The notes beneath the pieces are model-generated. The model had not been told where the DNA came from. It saw only the letters and a list, made by a program, of their open reading frames with translations, and ran no database searches. Below are positions 25,572 through 36,998 of a stretch of DNA of 64,000 nucleotides, piece after piece. How positions within the stretch are numbered: the first letter of the stretch is position 1; the number at the start of each line of letters is the position of its first letter. The DNA comes from Lytechinus pictus (lineage: Eukaryota), in the NCBI RefSeq assembly GCF_037042905.1, contig NC_087251.1:9550001-9614000 (forward strand). Reading direction: 5' to 3'. The translations under genes and the position numbers were made by a program.

Positions 25572-26024
25572 CTGCAATACAACAAAAAAATAAACAAACT
25601 GATTTAAGAATAAAACATACATGTAGGCTTACATGTACATGACTTGAGGTTTGGAAATCTTTTTTTTATAGTATTATCAAATGGCTATCCATTCTTTCTT
25701 TTTAAACAAAAAAAAAATATACATGTCATGCAGCCGGCATATAGCCTGATTACATCAACAGTCAAATTTTTGAGTAGCCGGCAATCTTGCACGAAGCCTT
25801 CATGCTCACACTTATCTTCAGCTGTGTAGCTGACATTGTGATTTTTAAAAAAATATATAAAATTGGGTACCAATGCAATTTGTGCGACCTGATACGCAGT
25901 GACATGCATGCCTGTGGTTGGGCATGATGGATATTTAATTTAAAATGCATTTGGTGGTACAAATGACAATATTATAAAAATTAATGAAATGTAATCTAAT
26001 CTGAAAATTGAGAGGAAGGTTTAC

Positions 26025-26094
26025 CTCTAAACAACTGTTCTACTTCTAGATTCTCTTCCTCTGAATCAGTGTTCTCAATTTCTTCTCCTGAAAT
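26025..26094 (-). CDS. Coding exon 2 (70 nt, acidic peptide ISGEEIENTDSEEENLEVEQLFR)
   Basis: Acceptor TTGCAG|ATT and donor GAG|GTAAAC. Phase 0 in and phase 1 out, which exactly bridges exon 1 to exon 3; purine-rich and stop-free. Confidence 0.78.
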
Positions 26095-26691
26095 CTGCAA
26101 TTCAAATGATGAACATTAAAATAATTATCATTAATTATCATACCACTTATACCATGAGTTCCAAACTTTCTGAGGTGACTTCACAAAACTCTCAAATAGG
26201 CCTAGGTCTTCTGCCCCTAACAATGATACGTGACCTTTTCCCCAAAAAATATAGGCATAGACTTGTTGCATATCAATAAAAAATATTTTCTATCTTCATG
26301 AATAAAATCTGTGGCCTCAATTCTCATGCAAAACAAAAGCTCACGCTCAAGGTTCGATGAAAATAAAAATCCTATTTCATTCTTCGATTAAAAAATGATC
26401 CCCCGCGAAAAAAAAAAAATAATAACAATAATAATATATAAATAAAATAATAATGAATAAATAACATTTAAAAAAAGTATTTGAATAGATAGTTAATTAA
26501 TTATGCCAAGTGATCTCAAATACGAATTGATCACCAACTGTCATATGAGAAAAATTCTGGATGGGAATAAAGATATAACGTTAAATCTAGATTCTATTTA
26601 GTTCGGATATGGCACTCATTTCCCACAATAGAGATGTCATTATTTTTTTATCAATAAACTAAGCAGTTAGCCTACGACTAGTTTTACTAAC

Positions 26692-26904
26692 CTTGCACAA
26701 TACAGGATCAAATGGCTGAACTTCATTCAGTGTCTGTGCGCGGAATTTCGAGGTTAGAAACCTTAGGCTGAGCATTATTTCTAGTTGTGGAATGGCTTCT
26801 TGAATCATTAACCTGAGCAATGATGAATTCTGTTGCAGATTAGGACAGGTCTCGACCGAATCAAAGCTAAAATCCCTCGATGACCAAACAGGATCAGGAA
26901 TCAT
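26692..26904 (-). CDS. Coding exon 1 (71 codons) of a 4-exon gene for a ~295-aa Ser/acidic-rich, probably nuclear protein with FAM53-like motifs
   Basis: ATG at 26904 has an in-frame TGA 11 codons upstream. Reads MIPDPVW...LTSKFRAQTLNEVQPFDPVLCK and ends at donor AAG|GTTAGT (phase 0). Lies just downstream of a CpG-rich promoter-like region. Confidence 0.8.
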
Positions 26905-27229
26905 AACTCTGACTTCAAAATAAGGGATTCCAAGTCAGCTCAGCTGAAAACTGGGCAAATTATTCTAACGTAACGTCGGAATGGATAATCTGAAATTTCA
27001 TGTTCGTCTCTCAGACCTGGAGGTGAGGGACAAATTGCAACAAAGGAATCACTGTCAAGTGTTCTGCATTCCTAGCATGGGTTGCCTTAAAATTCACCGG
27101 CAACAAGTTTCACAGTACTTTCGACAGGCTCCTACAGTTCCATGTCCAGTCAGTTTCGGTGCTCTTTGTTTAGTAAATAATACAGCGAGCATACATAGCA
27201 CTGCCAAAGATACTGCTGCCCATCGCAAT

Positions 27230-27430
27230 GAAAACATTCACTCCCGCAACAAACCACTGAAACGTCGTGTAAATTTCGAGGCAGGCCGTCCCTCTATGAG
27301 GCAGGCCTATGAAACACGTGTAGCTATTGGCGGAGATACCAAATTGCGTCATGATAATGACCTCTCGACACGCGAGGGGCGTGGCTTCATGACACGTGCG
27401 TACGATGTCAGTGGATGTCGATCCAGCGAT
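27230..27430 (-). promoter_or_regulatory. Putative CpG-rich promoter of the minus-strand gene
   Basis: Dense CpG 0.3-0.5 kb upstream of the ATG. E-boxes CACGTG at 27315 and 27393, CRE/ATF-like TTGCGTCAT near 27344, Sp/KLF box GGGGCGTGGC near 27376. Confidence 0.6.
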
Positions 27431-30400
27431 GAGAGGGCGAATTTACTAGTAATACTACGATGGAGCTTGGATGGAGCATGGAGGTAGGTAGAAGAAAGGA
27501 AGCTAGCTTTATACACACACACAACACCAAGCACAACATGCAGAGCCTAGCCGTGGCATGCGCTAAGATTTGGTGGTTATCATAATAATTTATTACCCCT
27601 CTTTTTCGCTCTTCAGGAATACCAAGGTCCGGTCGCGAAAAAAAAAAAGCAATGGTGTGCACTATTGGTAGTGAACTATCCTCTTGACTTGAGGCCCTTT
27701 TAGACGGCGATAACGAAGCAACCTAGCAACCAATGTGCACCACAGCTCCATCATCACGAAGATGATTTTTCTGTTATCTCAATCTCTCAATAACTGTTGA
27801 TAAATTTTTAATCACATTCTCCGGCACATTCTCCGCTTGTCTTTTTATTCAGCCTAACTATATTCATTTTGCAAAGAAAGTAGCACTAAATCATTTCACA
27901 TTATTGACAAAGAAAAATGATAATAAATGGCTTAAAGAGATATTTGATACATAGGCCTAGTGTCCAGATGCAAAAATGGAATAGGATTTTAAACTATGAA
28001 AAATACCCAAGCTGCATGACATCGTTATATTTTGTTTCGATTTTCACGAAAAAGATAAAATTATTTTACGATCTGATTCCTGTCTAAAATGGGAACGAAC
28101 GGTCTCGTGCAATGGTGAAGCATTGGTTGATACACTGCCTTGTTACTTGTCTTGTTATCCATGTATCATCATGATTGTGAAGATGATATCCGGCGTTCAC
28201 AGAGGACCTAAAAAATTCTTGACCTGGGAAATAATCGGGCATTGCCCGTTCTTTGAAGACATGATGATGCCAATATCAACAAGGGGGAAAAATCCATTTC
28301 AATTTTTTGACCGACCGCCAACTTGTACTTTTTATTTCAGAAACCCGGCTTGATGGGAGCAAATAAATTATGATTTCACATTGTTTTAAAAATGAAATGA
28401 ATTTTGCCCACCCTTACGATATCATGTAGACCTTCATGATCTACGATTATTGTCGGTCAAACATAATACGTCGCTATGGTAGTACGTTAGAGGTGGTCTG
28501 GATCAGATTTTTTTTAAAAACTTTTTTATTGAATATTTCGATCTGAAGTTTGACAGTCCATTCCATTTCCATTTAAAAATACAACAGGCTCTTGTAACTA
28601 TTAGCTCCCTCGCCTGTCAGGGTTTTTTAAAACAATCCGTGCACAACCTCGATTATACCAATGAACCATCTCCCATATATATTTAATTGAATGTCTATTC
28701 ATTATATCTGTATGAGAGACGAAATGACCTGATTAACTCTGGATCGGTAGCATGTTCTTGTCCCATGTACATGCTTACAAAATAATCAGTCTTGTAAATT
28801 ATCGGTGTAATTTTCATTTAATCATGCAAATATTGTTTTTCCTATTTTGAAGGGAGTTAATTTCGCGCAACGTGGATTTCTGATTCAGTGACTATATTTA
28901 CTCCTGTATAGTACATGGGTTTCGGGAGTAAAATTCCCCGTACAGACGGTGTAATTTATCAAGCTATCTGACCGTGTGACTGGTTCAGAATCTAATCAAG
29001 GCAACCTGTATAATGAATTAACCACGACATCACTAACAATTCCCTGCTTGTAAAACACATACTCCCAACACAGAGGAGACCTCTCCAAGTAAATCATCCT
29101 CTAAATTTAATAAATGGCATTGCAATCCCCCAATCTACTATGCTTGCTGCAAATCGAACAACCTGATATTTAAATGAAATTCAGTCGTACATTGACTCCA
29201 AGGAACTCGGTAATTGTATCCTACGCTCGTATAAGGGTCATTGTACTTCATCAGTCACCGGGCACATAGGACGATACTCTTATATATATGGCGATACTCG
29301 CGAGTTCCACATTTCCCACAAATAAAGCTTGCAGTAGAATGCTTTCACAATGCTTTCCGTTCTTGATAATTATTTTTTTCTCAATGAAATACATAGGCCT
29401 ACTGTACACACCTACGTGATGACTATGAGATAAACACTCAATCTCAAACCAAATGTATGCTTTAGGCATATTTTCTCATTCCACGTATGGATTTCTACAT
29501 GATGCATGAGGCTTCTTAATTCCTTATATTTTTTCATTATTTGTAATGTTTGACCCCCCAAAAAAAATATATATATATACATATATATATATTTCGTTGA
29601 CGTCTAAGTGAGGCATATTGGATATAATCAAATTTCATGAAATTTGAGTGTCATTAAACTTAATCAATTTTTATCGAATGTTTGTTCATTTCGTTTTGAA
29701 GATAGTTGTTTTTTTGGTTCCTATAGTCATAATAGATTTTATAGTTATGTAACAGAATAAAACTTCAATGAGCAAGAGACAATTCCCATGTGTAGCAGTT
29801 TAGCAGGGCTAACCGGTAATAAAAAATAATAATAATGAAATAGAAAAAAAAAACATTCCCAGCAGATTATCAACAAATTCATGGATGAAAAGAGGCACCT
29901 AGTGAAACAAATTTGAATACCTCACTAGGTTCAAATAATTGATAAGAATGATAGATATTGAACGCCATGCTAACAAGCAACATCGGATGGTGCAAGTAGG
30001 TGTTGTTATAATAAATCACAGATCCATATACTTGCATTGGTTGTGATTGTCTATTAATACTTTTCAACTTTAAGCGCGGGGCTCGATTAATGACTTGGAG
30101 CTGGCAGCGTCCAAAAATGAGTGGGCGGTAAGATCACATGACAGTCCGGGGAACCCCCTTCCACGTGTCGCCATTCTCTGTGTGTTGTGATCGCGCGTGT
30201 GTGTGCAGTGTATTGTCAATACGTACACGTAGCTATGCACACAGGGCGCCAGGGCATGCCAACCAGTTAATACCATCCGAAAAGCAGACATGACTCATCC
30301 TTAGCAGCGGCGCCACGAAATCGCACGTTCGCAAATAACACTTGATCACGTATTCTTATCTTTATAACATTATGTAGACCAAATATTGCACTATGTTTTG

Positions 30401-32531
30401 CAATCCTTTGAATGATATTATCCACGGAATTTTCATGTTCACATTCCCTACCGTCTGCCTAGACTGCTAGACAGAAAAAACCGCAGTACATCTGGCACTA
30501 CACATAGCTGTTTGCAACTAACGAAAATGCATTAACCTGGCATGATAACAAGGTACATGATCATTGGAAGGGATTTCAAATCCTATAACAAATCATGTCG
30601 CATGAGTAATATCTCGTATTGACCATGAAAAACACATTCCATTTCCGTTGACCTAGTTTAATCACGTTTCCACGTTGCATTGATTTTTAGATAACCCTTT
30701 TAATTTCTATAAGCACGTTGGTATTGAGGTTATTAAGACTTGCTATGAGAAGCAGAGAAGGAGATAGATTCTGACTCTATCATTATCGGTGTTGGGTGTG
30801 TCAATGATACAGATCAATATATTGAGGGTTTGTATTTGTTCCAAATGAGAAAGAATGAAAACGAGAATGGTCATAAGAAAGCTGGTATATGTAGAGCAGA
30901 CGGTAAGAGTGACACAGAAAACATTCCCCAACAAATCAAAAATATACTCATAAAGAGAGAAAGGGAGAGTGGGAGAGAGAAAAACAAGAAGAGAGAGGAT
31001 GACAACACTGGAGGAGGATTATACAAAAGAGGCATTTTGAAAATGGAGGGGAGTGCTCAAAACTTTAAATCATTATAGTAAGTGGGAAATTAAACATTTA
31101 AAGGTTTTTTTAACTTTTCTTTTCATATAAAACAGTGTAAATTAAAAGAAAATTGCTCACCAAAACCATTTCACATAAATAAATAAAGTACTACTTCAAA
31201 ATAAAATTTTGGCTCTTCATTTCAAGGAATCGCTCACCGGAATAACAACATTACCTCTTGTTATTGGGTAAGCAGGCTTATGTTGCTGTACTTGGCTTTC
31301 ACATTTAAAGATAAAACTGACTCTTTTTTAACCAACCTACTAAGTTGTTTGATTATAAACCTACCAACCTCTGGCCAATATATTGACCTACCAACTCCTT
31401 GAACAATAGTTCAAATATCAATTCATTCTTAGTTAATACGGACAGATGTTAACCAACATGATAAATTTCTTACAGTTAACTGTATTTAAGCGAATAATTT
31501 CAATCAGCACACTCTAAGGTAATGACATATTTTTATTTAAAGGAAGGCATGAAATGAAAAGAAAGAATATAACAAGGATGCAGTGTATAAAATGTCCCGA
31601 ATCAAACCTATCTTTCTATCGGTTTTTATGTGAAATTATGTTGACACTTATTGAAGTATGATATCCCTTGAAAGTGAAAAATAGTTTTCTCATGGACCCT
31701 TCTCGGTTCACGGTTTTTTTTTATAAGGACTGGGCTACATTTGCCATTTTCGAACCCAATGGACATTAAGATTAAAAATAAAAATCAGAACTGTTGGCTT
31801 AGCATTTGACCGTTCATTGCTTGAATACTCTCAGTGAGTGGAAATGCTGCAGGCATGCCAGTCATCTTTCCATAAGGAGACGTTAAGTTTACACTGACAT
31901 TTAAAGACGTAATCATGTTAACATTGCTGATGTCTTATATTTTGAAAACAATAATATGATCTTTGATGTGTGTATTATTTAGCATTATTCTTATAGATAC
32001 AAAAACACACGGGAAGAAGAACAAAAATAAAATTCCTGCAGACACTTTCAAGATATATCTGTGAGTGAAAAAAAATTCTATCCGGCTGGGATTATATGGA
32101 ATAAATTTGGAATGGTGTCTCTGGCCACTATATTTTTTTGCTTTTTTTAAAGCACTAATACTGATTTTCGGTGCACTTTTTATTGCATTCTTTTACGACA
32201 TACCACAAATGGGATCTTGCAGCTCAGACTTTTAAAATCAAATGATCAATCTTTACCTTTGCCTTTGAAATAAACGTCTGAAAATAATAGAAGCATAGAC
32301 CATGGACCTACTACTCTTTTTTTTTCAGATCGAGTATATTATTATTTTACTGCTGAGTGCAAGTCAGAAATTGGATCAATATAAACTTTCATGATTATTA
32401 TTTTACTTTTACTGTTAAATTTTTGTTATTATTTTCTTAGTTTTGCTATTTTATTATCATTAATATTTTTATCATTACTGGTATCGTAATTTTTTTTATC
32501 ATTGTTATTCAGTCCTATTTATTACTAGCGG

Positions 32532-32655
32532 TGGTAATAGTAGTAGTCGTAGTAGTAGTAGTAGTAGCAGCAGCAGTAGTCGTATCATTATTATTATTAT
32601 TGTTTTGTTGTTGTCATCATTATCGTTACCATAATCATCACCATTATCATCACCT
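32532..32655. repeat. Compound trinucleotide microsatellite (TAG/CAG/ATT/GTT/CAT)
   Basis: Read directly; explains the poly-L, poly-V and poly-H ORFs in the track. Confidence 0.9.
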
Positions 32656-33160
32656 CCGCTTTTCCAGCGGTATTTCAAGTATTTGTCAATTCTCTTGTAC
32701 CTCCAGCAGCACGGCCTCATAAGTTTTCCAAGTCACTCCAAAACAGAATGTCAATGACATGAAAAGAACACTTTCAATAGGAAGATTGCCTTGAAACCAA
32801 TCTTTCGCTTGCCTGGACATTTCTCCAGGTAAACATTTTAATCTAATGATAAAGACGTGCATTTCAATACTCTTCTCAGTCCCATGCATGTGTTTCCCCT
32901 TGCATGTTCCATCTCTTTTCAAGGTCATGATTGGGAAGCGTTGCTTCACACTGCTACTATGCTGCATTTATTATTCTCTCAGTGATATTGAAAACCCCCT
33001 TAAAGGTTTTTACCATAAATTATATATCATATGAGACCTTGGGTCGATGTTCTGACTTTATGTTTCAATTTCAAGCCACATTGAGCTCTTTGGCAAGTGT
33101 TTAAATGATGCCATCATGTATATGGCATCTTCCTGACTGTGTTTTGTAGAACCTGTGAGG

Positions 33161-33186
33161 GTGTGTGTGTGTGTGTGTGTTTGTGT
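33161..33186. repeat. (GT)n microsatellite
   Basis: Read directly. Confidence 0.9.
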
Positions 33187-34082
33187 ATGATAAATATCAT
33201 CTGCGCATGCCCAGTACGGTGCTGAAATGCACGGAACAGCTTTTCGAAGGGTCGTTGCCTTATTTATTTTAATGCATAATCGTTGATGGATATTTATTTT
33301 CCTTTTCGCATATATAGAGTAATGCAGTAAAGTGACTGTATGATAAAAAAAGATAGGATTTCAGTAAGAGCTCACAAACTGTTAATCTCACTGGATAAGT
33401 AATTGTTTTAGGTATTTTGATTCAGTGGTGAAAATGTACTAAATTTGTATTTACATAATCATGATGATGGAAGTGACAAAAGATATGAAGGTAGGCATTA
33501 GTATGAATAATTAGAATGGAGCTATAATTAAGGAGAATCTTTAGGAAGATGAGAAGTCCCAGGTATCTTAATCGACGGCCATTCTGAAAGCTCTCAATAG
33601 CTACTTTTGAAGTTTCTTTAAAAATCACATCACTCTTTCAGATTCTTCCAAGTTTTATTCAAAGCGAATGATCAGATTCGACCAAGGATGTATATTTTGT
33701 CGCTATGTTGCTTGTGTATTTTAATTACTGTAGGGTATTCTTTTTCTCCATATCAAAAAAGGAAAACACTTCACTCCTAGTCATGTAACATCGAACCTAT
33801 TTAATAACGATTCGAAATTTCGAAACTCATCCTGATTATATGCTTTTAATGTACAAATAAAAATAATGATTTGCCATAAACTCTTCTTTTGATTTATGAT
33901 TACCTGGTACTTGTCACCTGATTTTTTATGGATACTGTTAAATATAAATGCAACTCCAAATCATTAGGCCTACCTCCTGGAAAACATCCTCAAAATGGTT
34001 TGTATTATAATGATTGTAGTCCATACGGTGAACAGCTACAACCCATCTAATTCACTACGACTTTCCGATTTGATCGAGAAAC

Positions 34083-34163
34083 CACACACACACACACACG
34101 ACCACACATACACACCTTCACTCTCCCTCTCTCTCACGCACAAACACACACACTTCCTCACAC
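34083..34163. repeat. (CA)n/(CT)n compound microsatellite
   Basis: Read directly. Confidence 0.85.
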
Positions 34164-35238
34164 TCTGTGTCTTGTATAAGGTTCGTTCACCTCCGTACGC
34201 TGGGAGCTTATGTGTGCAGTGCAGCAGTATTAATCGTATCTATTGATTTATAACAGACCCGAATTTATTTGATCGTTTTGCTTCAGAGAATAGCAAGCCA
34301 ATAAATCGGCATTCAACTTTGAAAACACTTCACGGTATATTGCATGAAATAGAGCAAAATGCCCCTGAAATATTTAATTAATACCACATTATTTTGTTAA
34401 AAAATGATAACTCGGCTGGAAAGGTCTCTCTTCCCTGTGATTAAAAAAAAAACCATATACAATAATGCATAATTAAAAATGTCGATTACCTTTTAAGTAT
34501 CATAGACATAAATATATGTAATCTGATATTCTTTTTAAGAAAAAAAATAAGAAAAAAGTAACTCGCGGCTCTTATCAACATTATTTAACAGTATCATTAG
34601 ATATACAATTTGAAATTATTCATGCAAATATAAAAAGCATAATAATTACACGCGTACATTATTCCATTTACATGAAATTGCGAAATCAAACGTGTACTTT
34701 TCACCGTTAATGTGGGACTCTGAAAGAAACCAGCACGAAAGTAAACTGTGGGACAGAAAATATTCACTTTTCAACATTGTATTTGTAAAGTCACCTTTTT
34801 TTAAATCTAGACATTTTAATAACAGGAATAATTTCATTTTGTTTCTTTCGGGTTTCGATTTTATTCAGACCTGGATCAACATGCCTTGCCAGTGGACTGC
34901 ATGGATTCTGGTATAAATTTAAAGGGAATCGAACTAAATTTAGTCTGTGGCTTTAAACAAATCATTACAGCATGCAGACGTCTGTCCTGTAAACGTGATA
35001 ATTATTTTACGAGATCAATGATTGTGCATGATCGAACACGTGAATATAAACTCTGCGGTGAGCAATCATGTCATTTTCCCTTCAAGAAATATAATTTTGT
35101 TCTGATCCTTAATTTCACGTGTGTGTAAGTGGAACTATTGTATTATTTAAACATTTAAAACATTGTATTATTTAAACATGACTGTTAAATGTCATTGTAC
35201 TATTACCATCCATTCATTATAAACACTGTACTCCGCCA

Positions 35239-35355
35239 CCCCCCCCCCTCTCTCTATATATATATATATCTATCTCTCTATCTATGTATATATCTATCTA
35301 TCTATCTCTTTCTCTCTCTCTATCATGTCTATCTTTCTCACACACACACATACAC
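35239..35355. repeat. Compound microsatellite C-run/(CT)/(TA)/(TATC)/(CA)
   Basis: Read directly. Confidence 0.85.
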
Positions 35356-36718
35356 TCTAAAAAAATCTAGCCGTTGATGATGAAATGTACTATGATACAT
35401 TATGTGTCCTATGTAATGATTACCATGAAGGCCTAGCTGTGAGTAAAATATATTTTCATGTTCATTGTGCTTGAATAATTCTGAAAAGACCTTAGTCAGT
35501 CCTAACCGTCCATGACCTTACGTCGAGGCACCCATCAACATGAACACCTCGGGCTCTCGTATTTCGGTGTGAACAACACGGATGCAAACACTGACTTTGT
35601 TCAGAAACAGACTTTGAATGATTCAACATACCAGGGAATTCTTTATTAGATTGAAAATATTTCATCATCATAGTTCAATGGTCAGGACTGCATCTGGTTT
35701 TTTGAGCGTTCACAAATGCTGTTGACATGGCTATAAGCACGTGAATTTGCATCAATAATATTGCTTCTAAAGCCGGGCCAAGAGATATCGGGGAGACAAA
35801 CACGTCCTTTCTTCATCGTTCATAATATAATGCTATCTAGTGAGAGTAGGCCCCAAATCTCATTTCCCGAGTTCAATTTATCAGCGGGGCTTTGGACGAT
35901 AATAAGGGTTGACAGAGTGCTTATTTATCGGGAAGTTTCGTCAAATATAAGCCCGAGGGGATTGTGGCGGTATAGACTGTAAAGAGAGAGGAATAGGTTT
36001 ACGTCTACCAAAGATCAGCTTCATCGCTCACTCAGGCAACGAGCACGCTTCGCTTTGTTATGCCTCTACAATCAGGGGGCTTAAAGTCAACAGAAAGCCT
36101 TCCCCTTCGCTTTCCCAGTGCGAATGGCTTTACACACGCCATATCTGACTACTTTAAACGAGTTGTTTTACAGCCTCTAGGTTTTTTCAAAGCCTGGCTC
36201 TTCAGTCCCAGGAACTTATTACCGCGATGTTGTTTCGGTCTTTGTTCTTGATTTTTAACGCTTCGGTTGGTCTTCCCATCTAAACTACTGTACATCATGC
36301 TCCCGAATGTGAGGGCAGAGTACTCTATGCACCGTCAGCTGGTATTGTCGCATAATTGCAATCAATTCATACATTTTTTATTGCGTATGGGGTTAGTGAT
36401 GAAGTTCACAACCCTGGATGCATGATTGTCGTGCGAAAATTAATGAAGAGAGTTCAGAATGTATGGTGCTGGCTCGATCCCCTCACAGCCAAGCTGTAAC
36501 CTAAATCAGCAGCTTTATTCATCAATAACTATCTGTATAATAAGCCTAAGTGATATCGCTGATGAATTATTACAAAGCACTTGGTTTTAAACCATTAAAT
36601 TGATGAAAATATTTAGGGTGAGCATTTAGTTTACGTCAAAAAGAAAATGTTTAAACTAATCGTTATCCAGCTGTTATTAAAGTCCCAAAAAATTATGTTT
36701 GTATAATAAGAACATAAA

Positions 36719-36998
36719 ATAATAATATAATAATAATATAGGGTATTTATAATGCGCACATATCCACCTTGTTAGGTGCTCAAGGCGCTCCTATAATACC
36801 CGGCTAAGCTAGGCGTTCATAGCGCACACAGCTTTTTAAGGAATTACTTCCTACCGGTACCCATTTACCTCACCTGGGTTGAGTGCAGCACATTGTGGAT
36901 CAGTTTCTTGCTGAAGGAAATTACGCCATGGCTGGGATTCGAACCCACGACCCTCTGTTTCAAAGTCCGAAGACTAATCCACTGGGCCACAACGCTCC
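36719..36998 (-). mobile_element. Full-length tRNA-derived SINE (tRNA-Gln-like head)
   Basis: Minus strand starts GGAGCGTTG. A box TGGCCCAGTGG (36989-36979), anticodon-like loop CTTTGAA, B box GGTTCGAATCC (36945-36935), central CCCAGGTGAGGTAAATGGGTACC, (ATT)n tail. ACATAAA is duplicated at 36712 and 36999. Confidence 0.92.

Noticed and set aside
25274..25622. Several ORFs overlapping exon 3
   Set aside because: Antisense or off-frame shadows of the real exon.
26088..26094. Alternative TTCAG acceptor 7 nt into exon 2
   Set aside because: It would break the phase continuity between exons 1 and 3.
26981..27487. 168-aa plus-strand ORF, the longest in the track
   Set aside because: Overlaps the GC/CpG-rich promoter and leader of the minus-strand gene, where stops are scarce; no recognisable domain or exon structure.
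32505..32722. Poly-Leu/Val/His ORFs resembling membrane proteins
   Set aside because: Translations of a trinucleotide microsatellite.
36925..36998. tRNA-Gln gene
   Set aside because: Acceptor and anticodon stems do not pair properly, and it continues into a SINE core and tail with a TSD.
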